NCBI GenBank assembly: GCA_951406725.2 | Contig: OX597815.1 | Location: 207,018,001 to 207,082,000 of the forward strand | DNA: 64,000 nucleotides | Direction: 5' to 3' | Source of the DNA: Octopus vulgaris | Lineage: Eukaryota | In this document: positions 13,530 through 26,332 of the stretch, piece after piece | Layout of the letters: the number at the start of each line of letters is the position of its first letter | How positions within the stretch are numbered: position 1 is the stretch's first letter | Made by a program: the position numbers and the translations under genes | Notes under the pieces: generated by a model | Told to the model about the DNA's origin: nothing | The model's input: only the letters and a program-made list of their open reading frames with translations | The model's database searches: none

Positions 13530-14431
13530 TTTTTTTATGCGCCCTTTTCAAGCTTAGCCAGGATTATGGGCCAGGTTTCTCGGTTTCTATGGCGTATGTG
13601 TTCCCCTCAGCTGGATGGGACGCCAGTCCATCGCAGCGTTACTCAAGAAACAGGAAGGAAGAGTGAGAGAAAGCTGGGGCGAAAGGGTACAACAGGGACC
13701 GCAGCCACCCACTGCCGGAGCCCCGGTTTCTTTATTAGCCACAGGAGCACAAACATAGAGGGGGACAAACAAGGACAGACAGGGCACCACAAAGGGGACA
13801 ATACATAGAACGAATATCATAAGATGATTATACAATAATGGGGTTATGAATGGCTGCATGCGCCCCTCATTACATGCATTACCATTAATCTTTTTAAACT
13901 GTCCATTATTATCTTGTATTTACATAACAATTAATTATCGTCTACCCTTACAATTATTTGAACCGTTATATACATTATCTACAATTGTTCTTCATTTTCC
14001 GATATTATTAAGCATAGCATAAAACACTTACTCTTTCTTTTTTCTTTTTCTTTTTCTTTTCCTCCTTTTTCTTTTTCTTTTTTTCTTTTTCCTCTTTTTT
14101 CTTTTCCTTTTCTTTTTTCCTGTCGCTTTGACATATTTATTTTTTAGTAATATTTCAATTGTGGTTCGATTTCTACTAAATCCACTACTGGTGGCAATTC
14201 TTTTAATTCCACCGTTATTCCTGATGGGTCGATATTATCTCCACACATTTCATGTAGTCTTTTATAACTTTCCTCTTCAATTACTATCGCGTTCATGTCC
14301 TCTGCCGGAGCCTCGTGGTGCTTTAGGTGTTTTCGCTCAATAAACACACACAGCGCTTGGTCTGGGAATCGAAACCGCGATCCTCCGACCGCGAGTCCGC
14401 TGCCCTAACCACTGGGTCATTGTGCCTCCAC
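13530..14431 (-). mobile_element. SINE head H3 with tail B, split by an insertion
   Basis: The two halves 13530-13726 and 14302-14431 join into a copy homologous to 37006-37322. Confidence 0.88.
13727..14301 (-). mobile_element. Second, shorter copy of the ORF1-only element
   Basis: TSD CTGCCGGAGCC(C/T)CG at 13712-13725 and 14302-14315; EDMNAIVIEEESYKRLHEMCGDNIDP..LPPVVDLVEIEPQLKYY*; same 3' UTR and tail as 11796-12971. Confidence 0.88.
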
Positions 14432-14439
14432 TGGAGGAT

Positions 14440-14810
14440 ATTTAGTTAAATGAATCGACCCCAGTATTTAAGTGTTGTTAAACCTGGTACTCTATTTTAT
14501 CTTCTCTTTTGCCGTACTTCTAAGTTAAAGGGACGTAAACATACCAACACCTGTTGTCTAGCGGTGATGGATGAGAAACACAAACACATAGATAGATAGA
14601 GAGACAGATAGAGAGAGAGAGAGAGGAGGAAAGAGAGAGGGGGGGAAGAGAGAGAGAAGGAGTTTCAGTTTTCGTCTACCAAAAATCCATCTATAAGTCT
14701 TTGGTTAGACCGACGCTATAGTAGAAGACCCTTGCCCAAGGTGCCATACAGTGAGACTGAACCCGGAACTATGTGGTTAGGAAATAAATTTCTTACGATA
14801 TCGCCACACC
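14440..14810 (-). mobile_element. Diverged SINE F1 with an internal (GA)n tract
   Basis: Homology to 2768-3138. Confidence 0.75.
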
Positions 14811-15408
14811 TAATAAAACTAAATGAATACCTCATTTATTAATCATAAAACACTAACCTGTCATCAAAAGCGCCATACAAACCACCATACACTTTTGCAT
14901 TTTAATAAGGAGAAAATAGTAAGTTTTAACGTTTATGCCTTTCAGACAAGCATAATAGCGTAAATGAAGAATAATTGTTAATGTTCTTTTGAATAGTGAT
15001 ACTTTTTTCGTTGGTTTTATAAAGTGTCCAGGATAAATTTTGTATAAGCGTGAAGGTAGGCGGCTGAATGAATTCTGAAATGTTACTGGCATTTTATTAA
15101 TTCTGGCGAGATTGAAAGTGGAATTAATTCCGTTAGGAATTGAATATAGATCGTATAAAGTCTCTAAACAGTATTTGCATTTTGTCTGACACACCAATTT
15201 CTTTTGAATTATTAACGTCTAAATAATTAACAGTGTTAACTTCTGTGAAAGTGGCAGACTAAAAGTATTACATTTCGCATTATCCGTTTCTTTCCCCAGT
15301 TCAAATCTCGCTTGAGTCATTAATGCCTAAGTCATTCATATTTTTAGTAATTCCAGGATCAATTCAATACTTTTTAAAAATCAGTTCAATTTATTTCAAT
15401 CAAATATT

Positions 15409-15996
15409 CTGTTCTACTATATAGGTACAAAGCCCAAAATCTTGGGGGAGGAGGGGGCCACTCGATTAGATCGACCCCAGTACGCAACTGGTACTTAATA
15501 TATCGACCGCGAAAGGAGGAAAGGCAACGTCGATCTCGGCGGAATTTGAACTCAGAAGGTAAAGACAGACGAAATACCTATTTCTTTACTATCCACAAGG
15601 GGCTACACACAGAGAGGACAAACGAGGACAGACACACGGATTAAGTCGATTATATCGACCCCAGTGCGTAACTGGTACTTATTTGACCGACCCCGAAAGG
15701 ATGAAAGGCAAAGTCGACCTCGGTGGAATTTGAACTCAGAACGTAATGGCAGACGAAATACCTATTTCTTTATTACCCACAAGGAGCTAAACACAGAGCG
15801 GACAAACAAGGACAGACATAGGTATTAAGTCGATTACATCGACCCCAGTGCGTAACTGGTACTTAATTTATCGACCCCGAAAGGATGAAAGGCAAAGTTG
15901 ACCTCGGGGGAATTTGAACTCACAACATAACGCAGACGAAATACCGCTAAGCATTTCGCCCGGCGCGCTAACGCTCCTGCCACCTTCACCGCCGTT
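15409..15996 (-). mobile_element. F2 SINE trimer (F2a-F2a-F2b)
   Basis: Single TSD TTTCAATCAAATATT at 15394-15408 and 15997-16011; junctions at 15571-15584 and 15755-15768. Confidence 0.9.
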
Positions 15997-16091
15997 TTTC
16001 AATCAAATATTGATCTTGGTTTGATAGTAACTTTGATCAATCGAATGTCAAACACGTTTTGATATGAACTTCTGATTACTTATCAATCCTA

Positions 16092-16420
16092 TGGCTCAGT
16101 AATTTGAGTATCAGGTTCACAATCGTGAGGTAGTGAGATCGATTCCGCGATGGGGCGGTATGTTGTGTTCTAGAGCAAGATACTTTATTTTTCACGTTGC
16201 TCCAGTTCACTCAGAAAGAGAAATGAGTTGTGACGTCACTGGTGCCTAACTGCATCGGCGTTTGCCTTTCCCTTGGGTAACATCCTGTGGCATGGAGAGG
16301 GGAGGCTGGTATGCATGGGTAAGAGCTAGTCTTTCATAAGCAACTTTGCTTGGACCTGTGCCTCGGAGAGGAACTTTCTAGGTGCAATCCCATAGCCATT
16401 TATGACCGAAGGCGGTCTTT
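16092..16420 (+). mobile_element. CORE-type SINE, head H4 with tail C
   Basis: TGTGTTCTAGAGCAAGATACTTTATTT..CACGTTGCTCCAGTTCACTCAG shared with the 22568 copy, followed by an unrelated 3' part. Confidence 0.75.
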
Positions 16421-17470
16421 ATCCAAATATATATTAATTAATTTTGTGTAATTAGGAACATTTTATTATCTTCTGAGAATAAAAAATATATATGTGTGTG
16501 TTGTGTGTGTGTTTGTGTATGCTTGTATATATAAGCCATTCCATGGCCACTCAGGTTCTGAAGAGGTCGCTAAAGCACCGTTGTGACATACGGCGTCTTG
16601 GGCATAATTGCTTTATTAATTGCTTTATTTCTTAGATCTGACAAAACCCATACCTCTCCAATAAAAAAGAAAAAGAGAAAGAAACAGTGAAAGAAAATTC
16701 AATTCTAGTATAAACTCTAACCCAACTCTAAATCTGCAAAGAATCTTGAAAGAATGAAATGCAAATTTAGTCTCAATGGTATTTGAACTCAGAAACCAGA
16801 GCACTGGAAAGAATACCGCAAAGCATTCTACCCGACGTGATGATATGTGCATGAGTATATGCATACTTAAGTGTGTACGTGTGTGTATATATGTGCGTAA
16901 GAGTGTAGTCAGAAGAGCATGTGTAGCAGGGGAAATATGAAAGACATACGAATAATCGTTGAATGAATTAAAGAATTTCTTATATTAAACGTTTTAATGT
17001 ATACTTTTCATTCTTTTGATACTTCATAACTATAAGTAAGAGATCAGTTTTCACTTTTTCATCTATTTGATACTTCGTGGCTATAACTAAGAGATCAATG
17101 TGTTTGAATTTGTAGAAAAAAATAATAACTAGATCGCTTTTTTTTATTAATCCCTTCGGATGACAAAAATGAAATATAATATTTATAAATAGTTAACGTG
17201 AATGCCAGATTAAACATACCAAATTTATAACATTTTTTAAAACATTTTTCTACATAGATTTTGACAATATTCAAACTTAGCACGATAACGCAAAATTTGC
17301 ACTTTTCTTTTGTTGCTAATGTTGTCGCTTTTAGAAAACATATGTTCCAAAATAAAATACTTGTCCGTTTGCACTCTAGAGTTAACGCAACGTACTGCAG
17401 AGTTCTCTCTCACATAGAATACGCGTGTTATGTTTATTTTCATTGTGTAATGCGAAGGATTGCAGCTTTC

Positions 17471-17697
17471 TATTTCTTCGATACCCACAAGGGGCTAAAA
17501 ACAGAGAGGACAAACAAGGACAGACATAGGTATTAAGTCGATTACATCGACCCCAGTGCGTAACTGGTACTTTATTTATCGACCCCGAAAGGATGAAAGG
17601 CAAAGTCGACCTCGGCGGAATTTGAACTCAGAACGTAACGGCAGACGAAATACGGCTACGCATTTCGCCCAGCGTGCTAACGTTTCTGCCAGCTCGC
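17471..17697 (-). mobile_element. SINE F2a monomer
   Basis: TSD ATTGCAGCTTTC on both sides. Confidence 0.9.
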
Positions 17698-18167
17698 ATT
17701 GCAGCTTTCATATTCTCACAATGTTATCGAGCAAAGGGGTGAACCTTTAGGTAGTCGTCCGGCCTGCTATAATTATCAGCCACATATCCCTAAAATCTTC
17801 CTTAAAAGGGGCATGGTCGATAGTGCTATACAAACGATAGAGTAGTCAGGACTTGCCGGAACGCTTTTTACCATAAATATAATCTATTAGAGTTAATCAC
17901 ACGTTCAATCATCATGTTTTTACCTGGCAATATTCTGTATTGAATTTTGCAAGTTCTATTATCACAATTTGTAATATTTTGCAGTTTGTTCACGAATATT
18001 CTCATAAGGCAAATGAGTGCAATTCCTTTTGGTTCATATTGTAACACTTTTCCAATTTCCTTACTTAAATTATGGCTGCAAAAAACAACAACAACAACAA
18101 CATAATCAACATCATATTAAGTTTACATGATAAACAATACTTATTTCATAACTTCTACTTATATATA

Positions 18168-18247
<80 letters not shown>

Positions 18248-18261
18248 GTCTGTCTGTCTAA

Positions 18262-18307
<46 letters not shown>

Positions 18308-18619
18308 AAAGTATATGTATATATACATATATATGTACATGCGTATATATATATATATATGTATGTGTGGTGTGTATGTGGGTGTTTGTGTGTAAGATTC
18401 TCTTGTAGAAATATTTCTGTGTGGCTAATTAGTTGTGATATCATGATTAGAGAGTGCAGTAGACTCTTTCGTTTTCGTATTCGTTTTTCCTTTCTTCCTT
18501 TACCAAAACTCTCTTGTGGAATTTCAGATATTTACGATCTACGCCTAGAAGTATAAAATCTCACCATAATGTTAATTATTTAAAATTTTATTCGAGTTGT
18601 AAAAGAAAGGAATGCAAGA

Positions 18620-18725
18620 TATATATATATATATGTATGTCTATACATATATGTATGTCTATATATATATAAATATATATATGTATGTGTATATATATAT
18701 ATGTCTATATATGTATGTCTATATA

Positions 18726-18758
<33 letters not shown>

Positions 18759-18991
18759 GTATGTGTATATATATGTATGTGTATATATATGTATGTGTAT
18801 ATATATGTATGTGTATATATATGTATGTGTATATATATATGTATGTGTATATATATATATGTATGTATATATATATGTGTGTATATATATATGTATGTAT
18901 ATATATATGTATAGGTCGATGTATGTATATATGTATGTATGTATATATGTATATAAGTATATATATACATGTATGTATATATATATGTACG

Positions 18992-19028
<37 letters not shown>

Positions 19029-19087
19029 ATATATATATGTACGTATATATATATATATATATACATGTATGTATATATATATGTACG

Positions 19088-19120
<33 letters not shown>

Positions 19121-19335
19121 GTATATATATGTATATGTATATATATGTATATGTATATATACGTATATGTTTATATATGTATATGTATATATATGTATAT
19201 GTATATATACGTATATGTTTATATATATATATATGTATATATATATGTGTGTATATATATGTATATGTATGTTTATGTATATATATATGTATATATATAT
19301 ATTTATTTATATATATTTGTATATATTTGTATGTA
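18620..19335. repeat. Degenerate (TA)n/(TATG)n microsatellite
   Basis: Direct reading; a (CTAT)n tract lies at about 18168-18246. Confidence 0.95.
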
Positions 19336-19745
19336 TAATATATTAAATGGTCTAGAGAATAGCAGCATCTGCTCTGCTTACACTCTTTCTGGGTTAGAAG
19401 CAACCGAACTGGGGGCAATAATGGATTCCAAGTAACACTAAAAACAGTGGTTTTGGTGCAAACGTCAGCAATAGAAACTAAATACTTCACTTCAATCTTC
19501 TTTCTTGTATCTTACTGAAAGGTGGGGGCTTTTAAGTAATGAGAAACGAGACGAGTTAGTGTATAGAATAGTTTATAACCAACCCAAGAATTTATAGAAA
19601 TGTTTAGAGGAGCTCTTCTCGCAAGAAGATATTCTGACATATTTTAATACTTTCTATTATTGTGAGGAGGCCTGAAATTTGGGGGGAGGGACTCGTCGAT
19701 TATATCGATTATATCGATCCTAGTGCTTAACTGATATATATCTTA

Positions 19746-20336
19746 GTATCTTTTCCTCTTGAACAGCAGACAATTTCTAGTTAACTAAACACTTTAAAAC
19801 TTCGTATACTGGTTGAATGTGTCAAAATAAAACATTTTTTTCTCTTGGCTTTCTTGAGGAAATTGTAATTTGTTTGTTTATCGTAGTTTAATTTTTCGAA
19901 TTTTAACCAATCCTATGCTGTCTTTTGAGCTAAAATCATTTGCTGCGTCTAAAACTCAGACAACATCCTGTAACTAACCCTAAACCTCCCCCTAACCCTT
20001 TTTTTTTCTTAATTGTTAAATTAATTTAATTGTTACGCGTGTAAAAAAACTAAAGCAATGGAATTAAATTAATTTAACAATTAAGAAAAAAAAAGTTAGG
20101 GTAAGGGGGAGGTTTAGACGCAGCAAATGATTTCAGTTGAATGGAGGTAATCGATTGGTTAAAATTGCCGAAATGCTCGGATTTTCAGACGAAATATCTT
20201 ACAAACTATAGAATTTTCTCAATAAAGCCAAGAAAAAATGATGTTTTATAAACACATTCTACCAGTATACGAAGTTTAAAAGTGTTTAGTTAACTAGATA
20301 TTGTGTTGACATCTGCCGTTCAAAAGGAAAAGATCC
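19746..20336. mobile_element. Almost fully palindromic (foldback) MITE related to the 13042 family, inserted in an old F2b SINE (about 19650-20470)
   Basis: TIR G(G/T)ATCTTTTCC..TTGAAC(A/G)GCAG; 9-bp TSD TATATCTTA at 19737-19745 and 20337-20345; arms complementary up to about 20030/20060; CCCTAA/TTAGGG-like repeats in the arms. Confidence 0.88.
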
Positions 20337-20599
20337 TATATCTTATCGCCCCTGAAATGATATAAGACAATGTCAACCCATGGCAAAATTTGAACTCAAA
20401 ATGTAAGGAAGGTCGTTATGTCACAATCTTTATCTACGGCGGGCTAACGATTCGGTCAGCTCACCACCTTTCACTTCTATAATTGCTTTTGCTTTTAATA
20501 ATTCATTGCATTGGTGAGCTTATATTTTTATATAATCTTTTACTCTCAGTGCAGTAGCAGTAAAGAGTACTCAATCAAATTATTGATACTTCAAATTCA

Positions 20600-21483
20600 T
20601 ACGAATGACTAATTCAAAGCAGAAAAATCGGCAGCAGTTTTATGACATATCTTTTTTTGTTATTTTGTTATACTCAGGGCTCTGAATTTCCTGACCTCTA
20701 CTTACCTCAGGGTGCAATCGTCATGAAAAGTAATACCGTATAGGTAAGAGTAGCCGTTATTTTATCAGTAAAAGAGAGAGGGGACAAAAATTGAGCTTTG
20801 GAATAACCCAGAGGATGAAAGAATGTGGGAGAGAAATATTAAAATACTGCGATGGTGCGGTCTAATAGGATTCTTCTTTTCCAAAGAAATGAGACAGATG
20901 GCGCCCATGCATCGATAGTTTCGATGGAAGACATGTTCGAATGTTTTGCTGGTGTTAACGATGACGGCAATGCTTCCACCAAGTTTCTCTAATGCAAAAC
21001 CCCACTCTTATGTGGCATACGAAAGACGAACACTCGTGGTCAGGTTGTAGAGAAGCCGTCCTTAGAGAGAGTAAGAGAGAGAAAGAGAGTGACCTGCAGA
21101 AACGTTAGCACGCCGGTCGAAATGCTATGCTGTATTTCGTCTGCCGTTACGTTCTGAGTTCAAATTCCACCGAGGTCCACTTTGCCTTTCATCCTTTCGG
21201 GGTCGATTAAATAAGTACCAGTTACGCATATAATCGACTTAATCCGTTTGTCTGTCCTTGTTTGTCCCCTCTGTGTTTAACCCCTTGTGGGTAGTAAAGA
21301 AATAGGTATTTCGCTTGCCGCTATGTTCTGAGTTCAAATTCCGCCGAGGTCGACTTTGCCTTTCATCCTTTCGGGGTCGATTAAATAAGTAGCAGTTACG
21401 CACTGGGGTCGATATAATCGAGTTAATCCGTTTGTCCGTCTTTGTTTGTCCCCTCTGTGTTTAGCCCCTTGTGGGCAATAAAG

Positions 21484-21544
<61 letters not shown>

Positions 21545-21960
21545 AGGCTGTTGGAGAACGTCGTTGGTAATGGTTTTTTCCATTACATTTAAGACACTGG
21601 AAGTAAGAAACTGCAACAGAACGATATTTGGCAGGCACGTAGAGGCATCACTTCTTAAGAATCAGAGACATAGAAGCATCACTTCCAAGATAAAGTTATA
21701 TCCATGAAGAGAGAAAAAGATGTAAGAACATGGAGGTTAAAAGGACGAATAGAACGTACCACTGTCAGAGCCGTTGACCTTGTTCGTTTGAAGCGACTGG
21801 AAGTATGTCCACACTTAAGGTTTATATATGCTGCTGTGAGCCTGATGGAGTGGCAAATGACTTATCTGCATCATCGTTGCTGAGAAGTAGAGGAAAATAA
21901 AATTCTGCCAGCTGTTGGCGGCTCTTATGTAAGAGATCGTAAAAATCGGCTGCCGAGGTT
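20600..21960 (-). mobile_element. Highly decayed CR1/jockey-type LINE RT remnant interrupted by a SINE dimer and (GA)n
   Basis: NTSKTFEHVFH (cf. DISKAFDKVWH) and SSGLFQSSIFVPLSF (cf. SGVPQGSVLSPLLF) on the minus strand at about 20770-20960; outer limits approximate. Confidence 0.5.
21095..21489 (+). mobile_element. F2 SINE dimer (F2a-F2a)
   Basis: Junction GAAATAGGTATTTC at 21299-21312. Confidence 0.9.
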
Positions 21961-22322
21961 TAGGAAATAGGAAAGCAACAGTTACTATGAGGCGTCACAA
22001 ATATTGTGATGATGTTGAGTATTTGTTCCTGCGTTGTTGTAGATGTTTATTTTTTTATTGCAATAGCAGAATATATTTGAAAACACCAGTCCCCACCAAA
22101 ATGGAAGATTCTTATGCGGAAATATGAACAGAAAGATGAAACCATCAATAAAAAGGAAGCAAATAAAAACCAGTCGTATTTTAAATATGTTTACGCACAC
22201 ATACACGCATACATACACATAGAGCCACCTATATAGATAATACATACATACAGACAGACATACAGACATACAAACACGTATACACATACATACATACATA
22301 CATATATATACATATATATATA

Positions 22323-22530
22323 GTTGATCCAAACATGAAAGCACAAAGAGAAAACACAACAAGGCGAGGATGTGGAACAAGTATAGTATTATTGGCCGCT
22401 CAGGAAAGAAGGAAAGAAGGAGGGTTTAACGTTTCGAGCGGAGCTCTTCGTCAGAAACATAGGAATAGGAAAAATCCAAAGAAGAGAAGACGGCGGAAGA
22501 AACATCGCCAACGGTACACACGCGGTCACG
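22323..22530 (-). mobile_element. Short Penelope-pLTR-like element carrying a hammerhead
   Basis: Homologous to 29928-30140; embedded in microsatellite; contains hammerhead 22424-22458. Confidence 0.75.
22424..22458 (-). ncRNA. Minimal type-I hammerhead ribozyme (C3-G8)
   Basis: GUUU-CUGACGA-A-GAGC-UCC-GCUC-GAAA-CGU-U-AAAC; helix III is the palindrome ACGU. Confidence 0.8.
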
Positions 22531-22567
22531 TTTTATACATGTATGTGTGTGTGTGTGTGTGTGTAAA

Positions 22568-22880
22568 GGCGCGTGACCTAGAGGTTAGGGCATTCGGCTC
22601 GCGATCTAAGGTCGTAAGTTACCGCCGACGCGTTGTGTTCTTGAGCAAGATACTTTATTTCACGTTGCTCCAGTCCATTCAGCTGGCAAAAATGAGTAGT
22701 ACTTGTATTTGAAAAGGCCAGCCTTGTCACACTTTGTGTCACGCTGAATCTCCCTGAGAACTACGTTAAGGGTACACGTGTCTGTGGAGTGCTCAGCCAC
22801 TTACACGTTAGTTTCATGAGCAAGCTGTTCTGTTGAGCGTATCAGCTGGGACCCTCGTCGTGGGAACCAACAGAGTGTTC
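22568..22880 (+). mobile_element. CORE-type SINE, head H4 with tail A
   Basis: GGCGCGTG..GGTTAGGGCATTCGGCTC head; TGTGTTCTTGAGCAAGATACTTT; tail CCCTCGTCGT..GAGTG. Confidence 0.85.
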
Positions 22881-22903
22881 CTTTCTTTTAAAACACACGC
22901 AAG

Positions 22904-22964
<61 letters not shown>

Positions 22965-23612
22965 CAAGAGACATGCCGCGAACGTGCTTTACTTCAAAAG
23001 TAGGCCGAAGGTGTACTGAAAGTCACTGTGCCCAAATTCTTCGATACTAGGAACATGGAACAGCGACAATAACCACAGCAACAAGAACGAAAAACAACAA
23101 CTCCGACAACACAAAGTAAACAACAACAAAAAAAAACCATAATGTATCTTGTTTAAGAGATATTTTCGTAAGCGGCTAAAACGGAATAACAGTAATATTT
23201 CTAGCGATACATATGGCAGGATATTGCGAATGGAAGCAATTGGTTTCAAAGAATTCCTGTATGACACACTGATACTTCTGTAGATGTAATTAAATATAGT
23301 GTAAATGTAGTTAAATACACTACAGAGTTTTATGCAGCCCATTCCTCGACTTCTTTATCTTGTCTTAATCAGAACGGGCAGGAAACATTAAAATGGAATG
23401 GGTTTGAAATTTCAATCAAGTACGAGTTTTGAAACTAATAATAGAAAGCAACTGAGATCATAAAGGTCGTTTTAATTTTACAGACCTTTCTAGAAACCAG
23501 TACCGACATTTGGTATCATATATGTATGGATGAATGGATCAATGGTTGGATGGATATATATACATACATGCATACACACACACACACACGCGCACACACA
23601 TATATGTATATA

Positions 23613-23681
<69 letters not shown>

Positions 23682-23738
23682 GCACATATGCTTCCCAAAC
23701 TTATAATGTAATGCATGTCTTTGGTGTGGTAATTGTGC

Positions 23739-23825
23739 GCGGCTGAAGAAGGCTATTGACATACATATTACATCAATTATGCATTGATATAAACTGTCTA
23801 ATAAAGCCAGAAACATATGTACCGC
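23739..23825 (+). ncRNA. Type-I hammerhead ribozyme (C3-G8) with extended helix II, on an island of about 185 bp inside (TA)n
   Basis: GCGG-CUGAAGA-A-GGCU..(50-nt structured insert)..AGCC-A-GAAA-CAUAUGU-A-CCGC; helix III is the perfect palindrome ACAUAUGU; GUA triplet. Confidence 0.8.
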
Positions 23826-23862
23826 TAAATCCTTTGCATCCTGTTTTTCTTTTGATAAATAA

Positions 23863-23905
<43 letters not shown>

Positions 23906-23923
23906 CATATATATATACATACG

Positions 23924-23984
<61 letters not shown>

Positions 23985-24608
23985 ATATGTATATACACAT
24001 TTATGTCTGTAATCCTTAACCCCTAAGCCACGCGCCTTCACAATCGGCTCACGATCGTAAGGTCTAAGGTTGTGAGTTCAATTCCCGGCGACGCGTTGTG
24101 TCCATGAGCAAAACGAGTAAAAGAATAAAAGAACGAAATGATATATTTCATCCGCGTTTAGTAGAAAATTTCTGTGAGAAATGATCTTAGGTTGATTTGC
24201 AAGCACTGAAATACTTTATTGTAGATTATTTGGAGTTTTCTGCTTTGTATTTTTCTGCTTTCCTGAGATCGTTGCCGCTTAATCAGCATAAATTGTAACT
24301 CTGAAATATCATCTGTGCTGATGCTTTTGTATTTCTTGTACTAAGACTCATATATAAACCATGAAAACAGACCATATGAAATATATGAAGTATACTTTTT
24401 TTTTCTAACATATGGTTTTTCTTTCCAATAAATGCGGTAGGTAATGATCAACGGAATAGTTTCATCAAGGTGTTCATAGAACGGAAACATTACGCCAGAG
24501 ATTTTGAAGTAATTTTGTGATAAAGGACTTTTGTTGGAAGCTATATCTCGACGACAGGGAGCAAATTCATAAAACCATATATAAACGTTTAAAATATTGT
24601 ACAATGTT

Positions 24609-24918
24609 AAGGCGCTTGGCTTAACGGTTAAGGTATTCGGCTCAAGTTCGCAAGGTCATGGGTTCAATTCCTGGCGGCGCTTTGTATCCTTGAGCAAGAT
24701 TTTTTTATTTCACGTTGCCCAGTCCACTCAACTGGCAAAAACGAGTAGCTTCTGCATTTCAAAGGGCCACCTTGTCCAATTCTGTGTCAAGCCGAATCTC
24801 CTTAAGAACTACGTTAAGGTTTTTGTAGAATTTTCAGCCATTCGCTCGTTAATTTTACGCGCAGGTGGCCGTTGATCGGATCAACTGCAACCCTCGTCGT
24901 CGTAACCGACGGAGTGTC
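24609..24918 (+). mobile_element. CORE-type SINE, head H4 with tail A
   Basis: Homology to 22568-22880; ends CCCTCGTCGTCGTAACCGACGGAGTG. Confidence 0.85.
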
Positions 24919-25263
24919 AGTTATCTCGACGATAAGAACCAACTTTATTAAAAACTTGTGTAATGCATACTTTCCAAATACATGCGTATCGAACTAAACC
25001 TATTTGACGAAAACCATGCTGAATATAATTATACATGACGTAATTATCTGCAATGATTTGTGTTTAGGTTCAAGCAATACATATTTTTTATAATGTTATT
25101 TAATACACCTTAAGAATTAATAGAAAAAGAACAGAAAGGGTTAAACGAAAGTCAAAAGCAACCTCCACACAGCGATCCGATAAGATGAGTGTTATATCTG
25201 ATGAAAGAGCTATAAGAAAAAGAAAAAGACGTATTTGTTCAACAGTGGTAAGAGTCACCGATA

Positions 25264-25659
25264 TCTTTATATATAAAACTGTAGTTGTGTGAGTGTCTGT
25301 CCCCTTCGATTTAGATTCCTAACTACTCCCACATTTTGCGGTGCAGTTTAACCAAAACCGGGTATCTTATAATTGTGATTCGTATCGAGCCCTTCTGGGT
25401 ATTAGCGCGCGTCTACGATGAGTCTACGATTTTAAAAAAATTTACCATCATTTTTTCCCATTTTTTAATGCATTTTTGGCATATATAAGGGAAGTAACTC
25501 TCTGAAACTTTATTATTAAATCTCAGAACGTAAAAAGCTACAGTAACACCCCCCTTTGTGGTTAGCCATATTGAGATGGCTATTATACTTTACATCTCTA
25601 AAAATGCTTATATAATTTTTTCCCTTACAAACCCGAGTAACGCCGGGTGATACTGCTAG
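25264..25659 (+). mobile_element. Non-autonomous Helitron
   Basis: A|TC start (TCTTTATATATAAAA), subterminal hairpin CCCGAGTAACGCCGGG, CTAG|T end, no TSD; second copy at 53402-53797. Confidence 0.88.
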
Positions 25660-26332
25660 TATATTTATACACTGTGTTCTCAAGTATTCCTTTCAGTTTC
25701 AGTATAGTTTATGGCTAAATAACTACATCTGAAAATTGATGGAAATTTTCTTCTCATTTACATTCATACGGTTCATGCGTTAATTACATAACGCAATTTA
25801 TAAAACAAACCTACGAGTTAATGACTGTACAAACACCGAAATACCGATGTTTCAATTTCTTCCGACACTTTGTCGACAAAGAACAAGTATACCTTTCTAA
25901 TTAAATTTCTCTTTGGTATTTGTTTACAAGCTTTTGCATTTACGAAACGATGTTGTTTTACAACGATGAGCTGATCTGCTAATTTCAAGATTGTAAAAAC
26001 ACTGACATGTTTTAAACACTTTGTACGTTTCCTTGTGCTTGCATCTTTGCTGCGTTCTCCCGAGGCCTCAAGGGAATACAGTGTTGATGTTCTGGTTCTC
26101 CCTTCTCTGTCTGCTTCTCTCTCTCAAATTCTCGGTACTTACGTACATATATGTATGTACATATATTTGTGTGTAAGTGTGCGTGCATGTGTATCTCTCT
26201 CTCTATATATATATATGTATATGTGTGCATGTATGTGTGTATAAATGCATACACATATGCATGCATACTCATATATACGCACATACACATATATGCATAT
26301 ATGTTTGTGTGTATCACCTATACAGATAGAGA

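Noticed and set aside
15409-15996. F2 tandem arrays as hammerhead retrozymes
   Set aside because: No hammerhead core on either strand, and units within an array belong to different subfamilies.
16550-16602. CUGAAGA-G-GUCGC..GUGAC-AUA-CGGCGU-C hammerhead-like string
   Set aside because: GAAA is missing and helix I is out of register; at best a dead copy.
18443-18468. AUGAUUA followed by a GAGAGU/ACUCUU stem, as an A3-U8 hammerhead (the fourth combination)
   Set aside because: No GAAA, helix III or helix I follows the stem.
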